Shown piece after piece: positions 43,320-52,644 of a stretch of DNA of 64,000 bases. The notes under the pieces are model-generated. The model saw only the letters and a program-made list of their open reading frames with translations, did not search any database and was not told the DNA's origin. The DNA comes from a virus: the IMG/VR virus record IMGVR_UViG_3300047554_000303, positions 27,621 to 91,620 of that record, one strand, 5' to 3'. The stretch's first letter is position 1, and every line of letters begins with the position of its first letter. A program made the position numbers and the translations under genes.

Positions 43320-43624
43320 TAAAGAACTTCGACTTTTGCGTACTTGATGATGAACTCTCGGAAAGCCTCAGCGCTCGCCATTGCAGCGTCTGCCTCTTCT
43401 TCCTCAATCTCCACAGGGATGTGCACGGTGTAGTGACCGTTGTTAGCATCCATGACTTCTCTGACACGCTTGATGTGGGCGCACTTGCCCTTAGCCTTAC
43501 CCGCCTTGCAGTTGCAGCGAGCCTGGTATGGGCGCAGAGAGTCAACCTCAACCTCTGCGATGCCTTCATCACCTAGAAATAGCTGGACAGTTCTCCAGTC
43601 ACTCAGCATAGTTGCGTCTTTCAT
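43319..43624 (-). CDS. SWIM-type zinc-finger protein
   Basis: CNC...CAH. Confidence 0.7.
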   Translation of the reverse strand: MKDATMLSDWRTVQLFLGDEGIAEVEVDSLRPYQARCNCKAGKAKGKCAHIKRVREVMDANNGHYTVHIPVEIEEEEADAAMASAEAFREFIIKYAKVEVL

Positions 43625-44346
43625 TAGTTCCTCCTCAGGTCCTTAGTTCCAATTATTACACGATTGAAAGCTTCAAATACGAAACTTCCCATTGCTTCTC
43701 CATATTTTCTTCCCCACTGCTCGCGGGTCAGGTTTGTCGTCACGATTGTTGGTAGCCCTTTGTCGTAACGAGAACGCAGCAGTTCGTCAAAACCAGCTAC
43801 GTTGTAGTCGGACGACAACTCTTTGCCCAAGTCGTCCAGCACTAGCACGCGGACGTTCAGGTGGTCAAACTTCGACCTGCCGTGCAGTCCTTCCAGAACG
43901 TAGTTAAGCTCACGACGCTGCTCTGGCTCAGCATCAATCAACGCCTTCTTGCGGTAGATAAAGTCTGGGACTGTCATGTAGTAAATCGGACGAGTCTTAA
44001 TTCCGTAGTCTTCAGTCTTGTACTTGAAAATCTCACGGGACTTCTGCTCGTCTTCTGGCAACGCACGGACTAGCTCAGTCAACGCCATTACAGCGTGGGT
44101 GGTCTTACCCAGTCCAGGTGCTCCGTCAAACAACAGCCCGACACCAGTCTTACCAAGACCTCCAATAGTCTTGATTACCTTGCCCGTGATTACGTCGTCA
44201 ATCCAGTCTTCAATCTCAGGAGCAAATGTCCCGATGCGCTTCTCAACATCCTTCGGGTCTAGCCCTAAGAAGCGGTGAGGGATGTTTGACTCTGATAGAA
44301 GCCAGCGACGCTTTAGCAAGCTAAGTGTCCCTAGGTCATATGGCAT
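43624..44346 (-). CDS. DnaC/IstB-like helicase loader ATPase
   Basis: GAPGLGKT, LVLDDLG, PTIVTTNL. Confidence 0.88.
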   Translation of the reverse strand: MPYDLGTLSLLKRRWLLSESNIPHRFLGLDPKDVEKRIGTFAPEIEDWIDDVITGKVIKTIGGLGKTGVGLLFDGAPGLGKTTHAVMALTELVRALPEDEQKSREIFKYKTEDYGIKTRPIYYMTVPDFIYRKKALIDAEPEQRRELNYVLEGLHGRSKFDHLNVRVLVLDDLGKELSSDYNVAGFDELLRSRYDKGLPTIVTTNLTREQWGRKYGEAMGSFVFEAFNRVIIGTKDLRRN

Positions 44347-45325
44347 TTTTCCTCCTCAATTTGTCTTCGTAGTTACTCATTGCCAAACGCCCTGGCATTG
44401 AGTTGTCGAAGCGACGCCCATCAGAAGCATACACAAACTCTGACGGATTTACCAAATCCAACTCTTCGGTGGTGGGTGCTGAACGCTCTGGCAGTCCTAG
44501 GTTGCGCAAAGCTTGGTCGTAGTGTGCGGCAAAAGACTTCAAGAATCTACCCACGATGTACTGAGGCTTGTCGACACCTTCACGCTGAAGCCAAGGGTCT
44601 TCAAAGAAGATTTTCATAATCTCTAGCTCAATCAAAGCGTTGCTGTCGTAGTCCTTGCGCATCTTCGATAGCGCACCACGAACCTTCTCGGTGTTGACTA
44701 GGTTAGGAACTCCAGGGATGGTTCGGTAGACCCTAGAAGAAAACTCTGAGGCTACGTCTGCTGTAGTCCAGTCTTCCTGTGGTCTCTGGTTTCTAGTTTT
44801 TGGGTTTCTCTTGCTTGCTACAGGTCCAGCAGCCTTAGCTACTAGCTCGTCCTCAAACAAGCCAAAGCCACCAACGTCATCATCATCTTTCCAACGATTA
44901 ACCAAAATGAATGGTCTCCTCTTCTCCTCTTTTGTGCCGTCAGGCACTAAATAAGACGTAGTCTTATTTACTTTTAAGTCATTACTAATAATACTGATAT
45001 TACCTGTTACAGCTGTTGACCCCACATTTTTGTGGGATGGTTCTTCAGTCCACCCCACAGTTTTGTGGGATGGTGAAATCAGCGAATAATGGCTGAAAGA
45101 GAACTTTCCAAGGTTGCGTTTTGTGCGCACCGTCTCAACTAGACTGGCAGCTTCAAGACCACGCAGTCCACGTCGAATTGACTCTTCAGAACACTGGGCA
45201 TAGCGGGCCAGTTCCGCAACAGTCACCTTGACTTTGCTGCCTTTAGAGAGCGTGCAAAGTATGTCAAGCAAGCGGTACTCACTTGCCGACAATGGTGTAA
45301 AGAATTTTTCCTCAGCCGTACACAT
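44336..45325 (-). CDS. Replication initiator protein (N-terminal winged HTH)
   Basis: HTH ELARYAQCSEESIRRGLRGLE; internal iterons; upstream of the DnaC-like gene. Confidence 0.75.
   Translation of the reverse strand: MCTAEEKFFTPLSASEYRLLDILCTLSKGSKVKVTVAELARYAQCSEESIRRGLRGLEAASLVETVRTKRNLGKFSFSHYSLISPSHKTVGWTEEPSHKNVGSTAVTGNISIISNDLKVNKTTSYLVPDGTKEEKRRPFILVNRWKDDDDVGGFGLFEDELVAKAAGPVASKRNPKTRNQRPQEDWTTADVASEFSSRVYRTIPGVPNLVNTEKVRGALSKMRKDYDSNALIELEIMKIFFEDPWLQREGVDKPQYIVGRFLKSFAAHYDQALRNLGLPERSAPTTEELDLVNPSEFVYASDGRRFDNSMPGRLAMSNYEDKLRRKNAI
44948..45074. repeat. Probable replication origin: two 23-bp iterons plus an AT-rich tract
   Basis: ACCCCACANTTTTGTGGGATGGT at 45019-45041 and 45052-45074; adjacent AT-rich region with AAATAAGAC/GTCTTATTT inverted repeat. 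Confidence 0.7.
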
Positions 45326-45336
45326 AGACAGCTATA

Positions 45337-45588
45337 TTAGCGTCTTAGTGAATTATTGATTACAACTGGTCGATTAATTAGCTTTAGGAAAGAGGCAGTT
45401 AAGAAGGCAGAGGCCAGAGTTAGCAAGGCTAACTGCACTTCGTAGTAGCCCATAAAATACAGCGACACGCCAGACGAGGCAAGTCCTGTTAGGAGGCGAA
45501 GAAAGGGACGGTCAAATAGCATCGCAACTAACTCAGTCACGTACCCTGCAACCATCCCAGCGATAATTACAGAGATTAGTAGGTCCAT
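45337..45588 (-). CDS. Small 3-TM membrane protein (holin-like)
   Basis: Three hydrophobic segments. Confidence 0.55.
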   Translation of the reverse strand: MDLLISVIIAGMVAGYVTELVAMLFDRPFLRLLTGLASSGVSLYFMGYYEVQLALLTLASAFLTASFLKLINRPVVINNSLRR

Positions 45589-45597
45589 AAGGACAGC

Positions 45598-47826
45598 TTA
45601 GTAGGTAATCTTGGCTTTCTCTAAGCCATCCAAAGTGAATACTTTGTACGAGGTTGTTACGGGCAGATATTTTTCAATCTCGTTTAGCAGCCTTGAGAGA
45701 CGGGCGCTCTTGACAGGGTAAACATACGACTCTGACTGGTGTGCGGTTCCGTACCAACCTGCGCCTGACGTGCCTGGCAGAGAGCCATCGAAGTAGTCAG
45801 TTGCACCAAGCGACTGCTCAATCTGGGCAGCATCAAAGTCGACTGCGGAGGTGCCGTCCACAATCTCCACACGAGCCTCTAGCTTTACATCCACTGAGGT
45901 GACTGGAACAAACAACGACACGGAGTAGCGAGCCCAGTTGTCGGTCAAGGTAACATCAGCTTCGGCAGTTGCTACTACGGCGTCAGTGGCGCTGTTGAGG
46001 GCGCTTAACACCAAGGTAGCCGCCTGAGTACCGCTGGCTAGCTGTGCATAAATGGAGAAGGTGTAAAAATTTCCCAGGTTTGGAATGCCGCCTGAAGTCT
46101 CTGTACTAAGGACAGTTGTTCCTGAGGCGAGAGGGGTGACACGAAGCGCATTAAGCCCTGAGTTCACTCCTACTAAAGTAGAGCCAACCTGCTCGCTGTC
46201 TTCTGCGACCACATCCCAAGGAGTTCCAGTCGGTATAAACGAAGGGTTCTTTACCCAGTTAGTCTTAGTCGGCTTCAAGGTCACCCAGATGCAACGTGCG
46301 TCTCGGTAGTCGCCGCTGAGGTCAGTGGTGAGCTGCAAGGCATCGACGTAAACCGTGCCAGTGTCTCCAAAGACAAGTTCTACAGCCGCATAGGTAGCAG
46401 AGTCGGCATAGCGCCAAGTGCTGAGCTGAGCAGTACCAGAAGTAATAAGCTCGCTAGAAGTGGCAGTAGCAGTTCTAGCAAAAGAAACAGTGGTGTCAGT
46501 TACAGCGGTGACTGTGTAGGTGCCGTTTAGGTCGTCCGTGTTATTAAAGATAAAAATAGAATCCCCAATAACAAACGGGTGAAGACCATCAAAAGTAATA
46601 GTGGTAACTGAGCTGGTGGCTTCATACGCTGTAATAGTCTTGCTGTACCCAGGAGCAAATGCCTGCATACTTCCAGTGCCCCATGAAGTGGTGGCGCTGT
46701 ATGCAGTTCCCGTAGATGTGGCAATCTTTTCTCCAAGGTAATTGAACCAGTGAATCTTGGGTGTAATAGACATAGTGCCTGTTACAGTCGCAGCCTTGAA
46801 GCTAAACAAGTACTTGGTGCCGTTAGTTACTGGGGCACCCAACTTAATAGGGTCAGTCTGACCGTTGATGATTGAAGCGCCTGCAGTTCCTACTACGGCT
46901 TTTCCAACGTACATGGTGTCACAGGAGGCAGACTCGCCTGAGTAAATACCAGAGCCATCAGCCGTTAGAGTCACGCCGTTTAGAGGCTGCCAAGAACCTG
47001 TGCCCTTGTAAAACGAGCTGTCTTCAATTGACAGGAGAATGTTTGGCGAGGTAGTAATCTCTGGCTCGTAACCTGAGACTGCTTCAACAAAAGCGCCCAG
47101 ACCAACTAGTGTGCCCTTGCGCTGGTACGCGTACACAGCTTCACGGACAGACTTGATGTGGGTTTGAGTTACAGTCTGAAGTTCTGGGGTGACTCCTAGC
47201 TCAAGGCTCTTTAGCGCCAAAGCAGTAGCGCTGCCGTAGTCACCGTAAGTCTCAGGGTGAAGCAGTTCAATGTAAGTCAGTAACTCGTCATAAGTAAACG
47301 AGAAGGACTCTAAAAACTTTGAAAGGTCGGAGTCGTAATCCACAGGGTCAAATGGTGAACGACCAGTTCCTGTAATAACTCGTGGAAGTAGCTCCATGAG
47401 CTTTCTGTGAGAAGTCTTGTCACCGATTGCGGTTGCGCCAAACTGTTTTGGCACAAGAACGGCTGCTTCTCCTGCAACTACCCATGAGTCGTCTGCGTCT
47501 AGTAGCCACACCCTGTAATAGGCGTACTTTCCTGAAACTAGCTGGGTGTTGTCTACGAACTGGTTCTGACCCTTTAGCTCATCTGAGTTTGGGTCATTGA
47601 AAGTCCAATCAAGAAGACGAAGACCGTCTTCAGGAGTTTCTGGCAAGTGGTTCTGGTTGCGCAGTAGTCGGAAAGCGGAGTAAGGGCTTTGAGAAGGTAC
47701 CCAGTTAAGTAGAACAGTGTCGTACCACAGTGCTTTAGCAGTCAGTGGTTCAACGGAGTAAGGTAAGTTGGACGCTTGACCGTACCGTGCGCCAGCGCCA
47801 TAAATTACGTTACCGTAAATAGCCAT
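45598..47826 (-). CDS. Baseplate wedge/tail protein with carbohydrate-binding-like modules
   Basis: Y.RKGT..G...V..VSG (P2 gpI-like); NPSF and YFDG modules. Confidence 0.7.
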   Translation of the reverse strand: MAIYGNVIYGAGARYGQASNLPYSVEPLTAKALWYDTVLLNWVPSQSPYSAFRLLRNQNHLPETPEDGLRLLDWTFNDPNSDELKGQNQFVDNTQLVSGKYAYYRVWLLDADDSWVVAGEAAVLVPKQFGATAIGDKTSHRKLMELLPRVITGTGRSPFDPVDYDSDLSKFLESFSFTYDELLTYIELLHPETYGDYGSATALALKSLELGVTPELQTVTQTHIKSVREAVYAYQRKGTLVGLGAFVEAVSGYEPEITTSPNILLSIEDSSFYKGTGSWQPLNGVTLTADGSGIYSGESASCDTMYVGKAVVGTAGASIINGQTDPIKLGAPVTNGTKYLFSFKAATVTGTMSITPKIHWFNYLGEKIATSTGTAYSATTSWGTGSMQAFAPGYSKTITAYEATSSVTTITFDGLHPFVIGDSIFIFNNTDDLNGTYTVTAVTDTTVSFARTATATSSELITSGTAQLSTWRYADSATYAAVELVFGDTGTVYVDALQLTTDLSGDYRDARCIWVTLKPTKTNWVKNPSFIPTGTPWDVVAEDSEQVGSTLVGVNSGLNALRVTPLASGTTVLSTETSGGIPNLGNFYTFSIYAQLASGTQAATLVLSALNSATDAVVATAEADVTLTDNWARYSVSLFVPVTSVDVKLEARVEIVDGTSAVDFDAAQIEQSLGATDYFDGSLPGTSGAGWYGTAHQSESYVYPVKSARLSRLLNEIEKYLPVTTSYKVFTLDGLEKAKITY

Positions 47827-48260
47827 TAAGCAGTGCCACCATCAATTGCTGCGACTAGGGTTCCAGCGGAAGTAACTCGGCCAAGAACAGTGCCAGAAGA
47901 GTTTTGTAGCTCCAGCAAGTTTCCAGACTGGCTAGCAGCTCCCTTTAGAACCAGAGGAACTACAGTAGCGGTGCTCGCAGTGATAGTGCTTCCGCCAGTA
48001 GTGCGTACAGCAGTGGTGTTTAGAGAAACGCCAAGGTTCTCAAGATTCTTGATACGGGCTGCTACAGTAGCAAAGCTGTCAGGAGTAGCAAACGTGCCAG
48101 TTCCCCAGCCGCCTGGAACGGTAGGAGTAACTCCTAGAGTGCTTTGAATTGCCTTGATTTCGTCATACGCGTCGTTTACGTCACGTGCGTAGACGATGTC
48201 AGTGAGGTCAATTTTATTGACAAGCTGAGTGGTAATCTGACCAGGATATTGAGCGGCCAT
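47826..48260 (-). CDS. Minor tail/fibre-associated protein
   Basis: Position; ends IDGG. Confidence 0.55.
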   Translation of the reverse strand: MAAQYPGQITTQLVNKIDLTDIVYARDVNDAYDEIKAIQSTLGVTPTVPGGWGTGTFATPDSFATVAARIKNLENLGVSLNTTAVRTTGGSTITASTATVVPLVLKGAASQSGNLLELQNSSGTVLGRVTSAGTLVAAIDGGTA

Positions 48261-48317
48261 AAGGTCTCCTAAGTTCTACTCTATTTTCTAAGGTTTCCCG
48301 CCAATAAACCGCCTGAA

Positions 48318-48773
48318 CTAAGTCAGGTCTGGTTTGTTTTCCTCTGCAGTCATGCGGGCCTCAAGGCTCGTCACTCGTGTTACTAAGCTCTCAATTTCTT
48401 GAGACATAGCTACTAGCGTTGCCACTAGGTCTAACTCTGTTCTATTGCTAGCTGTACTACTTACAATAAACTCTTCTGCTAGTTGAGCAGTAGTAGGGGT
48501 TTTAATAACCACTTTCTTAGACTCTTGTCCAGGAACAGCGTGTACTGCAGACCACACGGGAAACGCAGGGTTGCCACCCTCAAACATCACCCAGACTGTC
48601 TGGTTTACTTTTGGAACTTCGTAGTCTGTGGTGTTATTCAGCATAGCTGGAGCCCAGTCAGTGCTACTAGCACCAAAGAGTTGAGGTACACGAACTTTTA
48701 GGCGACGATTATTTAGGGGGTCCTTATTATCGTGAACCAACCCTAAGTAAACGCCACCAAAGTTCTGCTCCAT
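48318..48773 (-). CDS. Baseplate spike (gp5/gpV OB-fold)
   Basis: DP....RLKVRVP...WA...P.V...VWVMFEGGNP..PVW. Confidence 0.88.
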   Translation of the reverse strand: MEQNFGGVYLGLVHDNKDPLNNRRLKVRVPQLFGASSTDWAPAMLNNTTDYEVPKVNQTVWVMFEGGNPAFPVWSAVHAVPGQESKKVVIKTPTTAQLAEEFIVSSTASNRTELDLVATLVAMSQEIESLVTRVTSLEARMTAEENKPDLT

Positions 48774-50656
48774 TAAGAAGCCCTAGTGATAGTTACTGTG
48801 TAGGAGGTGCTGTCAACAGCATTCGCAGCAAATACAACCACGCTGACTACAGTGGTTCCAACTGCAGTAGTAATTGACTTTGAGGCACCAGTAGCTCCGT
48901 TAATGTACACCGTTGCTCCACCGTTAGTTGTGGTGATTCCTACGGTAGTAGCCGTAGTTCCGTTAGGAACGGTAGCAGTGTAGTTCTGAATGCTGGAGTT
49001 AAATGCTGGAGACAGCGTTCCTACGCTAAGCGTCAAAGCGCTTGCGGTTGACACGTTAGACGCCTCTGCAACCTCTACGGAATCCAATGAGCCTGAAGTG
49101 TCACTGAACACGAAGATTTCGTTAGGCTCAGCAATCAAGATGTTTCTAGCCTCAGCATCAGACGCGCGGTGTAGCGCAATCACCTTGACTGAGTCGACTA
49201 GAGGAAGCTGACGTAGCTGGAACTCAACTTCTTCAGGGCGAATTACATCTCCAAAGTTGATGTTGTTGTAAGAGAAGATGGAAAGCAGTGCAGACTTAAT
49301 CTGTGACTCAACCTGCTCTTGAGAATACCCTGATAGCTTTGTGTACTCTAGTACCGTCTTTACAGGCACGTATGTCGGAGGAGCTACCGTTACACTTACA
49401 CCCAACTGAGTGCGGTTCTCTAGGAACTCCTGAACTCTGTCACGAAGGGCGTACCACTCTGCCTTTGGAATCAGGGCTGACTCAGGGTCCTCAGGGTCTT
49501 CTAAAGTAAGTCCTGGGTAAGTGTCCGTTGACGTATCACTGCTTAGTGGAGACACATAAAGCGTGACCGAAGTACGGCTGCTCGCCACTGCCTTGGCCTT
49601 TCCTACTGAAGATACTCCGAGAGTAAGGCTTTCGTAGTCAACCAAGCTGACTGCACGGTTCAAAGCAGTTAAGGACTTTGGTGCAAGCAATCTAATTGAC
49701 TCAGTTGACTCTGGGTCGTTTCCACCAGTAGCAACCTCGTTTGTGATAGTCACGCTAGCCGCTAGCGCAGCAATTTCAGACTCTGTTAGTCCTGGCGCAG
49801 TCTTGATAGAAGTCAAAACATTGCTAGTGATGTTTCCTAGAACACCGCCGCCCACTACATAGTCAGCTTTAATACGAGCATTAGGCGCTGGAATAAGTCC
49901 AGAGATACCATCGCCAAACTGAATAGAGTGAACGTTATCGGCGTCAATGACCACTTCAAATACAGCGTCTGTTGAGCTGTAGTCCGAAAGGTGGGATACC
50001 TTGTCCCATTCAATCCAGTCATTTCCAACTTCAATAAACACCTGGATAGAGTCTTCTACAACAGTGGTCTCAGCCAGTTCAAACTTCTGGCTAGGAGTAC
50101 CGTTAGATACTCCAATAATCTCTCCACCGTCAACAAGGTACTCTGACCGCAAGCTAATCTGCTCACCATGGCTAGCTAGTACGTTCTGAACAGTAACTCC
50201 AGCATCAATAGTTACGTCAGCAACAGTGCTAAAGATAACCTCTACTTGAGAGTCAGCAACAAGGATGTCTCCTGCTACCTGAGTTCCTGCTGGAATCGTA
50301 ATTGTAGAACCGCTGGTGTTAGTGATAGTTAGATTAGTAAGCGCAGTTTGGAAACCTGCAGGAGTGTAGCCGTATGACCTAGCGATGTTGATTACGTTTT
50401 GACGCTGCGTAGCTGTAGAGATAAACGACTCATTAGCTGCACGGTCAATGTAATAGCTCATTAAGTCACCCATGTAAGCAAACGCCTCAATGAGAGCCAC
50501 ACCGAAGTCAGAAGGGTCATCTCCCCGCCAACGGCTAGATGCTTCGACAGACTCCAGACGAGCCTGGACTCTTTCAATGAGAGCCGCTCTTAGGGAGTAA
50601 TAGTCTCTGCTGGTGTAGTCAACGGAGACTGGAATAGTACTTGCAGGAGTTGTCAT
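48773..50656 (-). CDS. Baseplate wedge protein (gpJ/gp6-like) with C-terminal cadherin-like domain
   Basis: DYTSRDY, FGDG..G.IP, GG.DPES, RAVSL.DY. Confidence 0.9.
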   Translation of the reverse strand: MTTPASTIPVSVDYTSRDYYSLRAALIERVQARLESVEASSRWRGDDPSDFGVALIEAFAYMGDLMSYYIDRAANESFISTATQRQNVINIARSYGYTPAGFQTALTNLTITNTSGSTITIPAGTQVAGDILVADSQVEVIFSTVADVTIDAGVTVQNVLASHGEQISLRSEYLVDGGEIIGVSNGTPSQKFELAETTVVEDSIQVFIEVGNDWIEWDKVSHLSDYSSTDAVFEVVIDADNVHSIQFGDGISGLIPAPNARIKADYVVGGGVLGNITSNVLTSIKTAPGLTESEIAALAASVTITNEVATGGNDPESTESIRLLAPKSLTALNRAVSLVDYESLTLGVSSVGKAKAVASSRTSVTLYVSPLSSDTSTDTYPGLTLEDPEDPESALIPKAEWYALRDRVQEFLENRTQLGVSVTVAPPTYVPVKTVLEYTKLSGYSQEQVESQIKSALLSIFSYNNINFGDVIRPEEVEFQLRQLPLVDSVKVIALHRASDAEARNILIAEPNEIFVFSDTSGSLDSVEVAEASNVSTASALTLSVGTLSPAFNSSIQNYTATVPNGTTATTVGITTTNGGATVYINGATGASKSITTAVGTTVVSVVVFAANAVDSTSYTVTITRAS

Positions 50657-51078
50657 GCTATGTCCTCAGTTATTGGGTTGTTTCCAGAAAGGGTGGCGAC
50701 GCCGATAGTTACGGTCTCAAGCTCGTCTTCTCCAGGAAGGCTGTACAAAACCTCTACAGCAAGAATGTTCTGCATTGAGTCGTAGTCAATAATTACTTCA
50801 GAAAAACTTAGGGCAGGCAAAAACTGTGCAAACACTGACGAGATGTCCTGCTCAATTACTTCTTTTACAGCATCTGGAGAGTCAAATAGTGACTGCGGAA
50901 TTGCCGTACCATAATCAGGGCGGAAGACCCTCTCTCCCAGAGCTGTACCTACAGCTACACGGACGCGGTCTCCCCAAATCTTTTCCTGAGAAGTAGTTAC
51001 GGCCACGTTTCCAAAAGCATCAAAGCTAAAAGGTAGCGACACTGCGACAGGTTTTGGTGCGTTTGGGTTTACTATCAT
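50653..51078 (-). CDS. Baseplate wedge subunit (gp25/gpW-like)
   Basis: T.LGERVFRPDYG. Confidence 0.9.
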   Translation of the reverse strand: MIVNPNAPKPVAVSLPFSFDAFGNVAVTTSQEKIWGDRVRVAVGTALGERVFRPDYGTAIPQSLFDSPDAVKEVIEQDISSVFAQFLPALSFSEVIIDYDSMQNILAVEVLYSLPGEDELETVTIGVATLSGNNPITEDIA

Positions 51079-52376
51079 TGTCTACCTTCTGACTTACTCT
51101 TAGCAGTCGCTTTCCAACGAGTTGGAGTTCTTAAAAACCCTTGGTTTCCCTGCTTAATAATTCGGGTATTTGACCGAAGAGCGGTTGCTCCCTTTAAAGC
51201 TGAGCCTGCTCTTGGTGTGTTATCCACAATGGCTTTTTTCAAGTTTACCGTTCCAGCTAAGCTTGGAGTGGCTGTTCTATAAAGGGTTGTTAAGTTAGGT
51301 CCCGAACCATCGGTGAGCAAAAGAAGCTGAGCTTTGTACTCTCCGCTAATAACAAACTTGTGCACCACTTCAGAAATCATCCAGTAGCCGTCACCTAGTT
51401 GGTTTGTTCCTTCAACGTATACAGGATAGAACGGCTGCATACGAGGGTCACCTTGCGCCAAAGCCTTTGCTGGTAAAGAGAACTGAGAGAGCAATGCAGC
51501 TCCTGCTGTTTTAGACTTTGCCATGTCACGAGAGTGCGCTACTGAAGTAGTCAGAGGGTCCTCAAACAGCACGTCGCTAACCGTCTTGCGAAGACCCTTG
51601 CCTACGTCTTTCTGAGAAGTTCTAGTTACAAACTCTTTTCCAGTTTGTGGGTTGACTCCTGAAGAAATTTTAGCGGTTCTAGTATTAGAGCCTCTTTCAA
51701 CGTATTCTCCGCTCATAACTTTAAAACTAAGTAAAGTACGGTCGTAACCAACGTCTGTAAGTGGAATGTCAGTGTCCCACATCTGTAATACAGGGATGTC
51801 ACTGCTTCCTACGTCCAGGACTTCCTGTGCTCTGCGGAAGTAGAGCCTTGTGCCTGACACAAACGCCACGCAGCCAATTTCATTTGCGTGAACCTGCAGC
51901 CACTCCCAGTAGCTTTCGCCAGTAATGGTGAGCTGAGAGTACCTAATCAAGTTAGGTACTTTGTCACCGATAAATGACAGCCCATTTTCAGCAGCGATAA
52001 TGGCTGCTACCTCACGGATAGTCTTGTTCTTAAAAATACGAGAAGCAGACTGCTTTAGTACATAAGAAGAACCAACGCATTGGATTCGCATAGGCTGATA
52101 CTTTTGGGGTGACTTTTCGCTGTCTACGATTGTCACGTAGCCGTACCAAACGTTGCTACGCTTCCCTTGAGACCACTCAAACTTAACAGGTACACCTGTC
52201 TTTAAAGTTGCGAGCCAAGACGGAATGTTAATCTCAAACTCCATAATCAAGATGTCGTGCTGACCTGCTTTTTGATGTAAGTCAACCAAGGAGGGCTGAA
52301 TACTTCTATTAGGTAAGGTCGGAAAAGACACCTTGTAAATAGTGCCTTTGACATCTTTTGCAATTCTTCTAGACAC
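51075..52376 (-). CDS. Baseplate hub (gpD/gp27/VgrG-like)
   Basis: Q..ESYW.WL, GDP..., G.W.I..V.H. Confidence 0.82.
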   Translation of the reverse strand: MSRRIAKDVKGTIYKVSFPTLPNRSIQPSLVDLHQKAGQHDILIMEFEINIPSWLATLKTGVPVKFEWSQGKRSNVWYGYVTIVDSEKSPQKYQPMRIQCVGSSYVLKQSASRIFKNKTIREVAAIIAAENGLSFIGDKVPNLIRYSQLTITGESYWEWLQVHANEIGCVAFVSGTRLYFRRAQEVLDVGSSDIPVLQMWDTDIPLTDVGYDRTLLSFKVMSGEYVERGSNTRTAKISSGVNPQTGKEFVTRTSQKDVGKGLRKTVSDVLFEDPLTTSVAHSRDMAKSKTAGAALLSQFSLPAKALAQGDPRMQPFYPVYVEGTNQLGDGYWMISEVVHKFVISGEYKAQLLLLTDGSGPNLTTLYRTATPSLAGTVNLKKAIVDNTPRAGSALKGATALRSNTRIIKQGNQGFLRTPTRWKATAKSKSEGRQ

Positions 52377-52644
52377 TTGGTATACGCACCAGACTTCCAG
52401 GGAGGATAGACAGAGGGTTAGACAGCTCAGGATTTAGGTCCATAATCTGCCACCAAAGCTCAGGGTCACCTAAGAACTTCAAGGAGATTAAGTCAATTCG
52501 GTCAGCACTCGTCCATGTGTAGTAAAAGAACGCACGCACATCTTCAGGGAATACTCGTCCAACCGAAATGGAGTATAGGTCTTTACGCGAGTCTAAGTTG
52601 GTTTGTAAAACGCCGTCTGCGTATCTGCTGTCTGAAAGAATCAC
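52369..52644 (-). CDS. LysM/gpX-like baseplate protein
   Basis: DRIDLIS..FLGDP.LWW.I.DLNP...PG..VRIP. Confidence 0.85.
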   Translation of the reverse strand: MILSDSRYADGVLQTNLDSRKDLYSISVGRVFPEDVRAFFYYTWTSADRIDLISLKFLGDPELWWQIMDLNPELSNPLSILPGSLVRIPSV

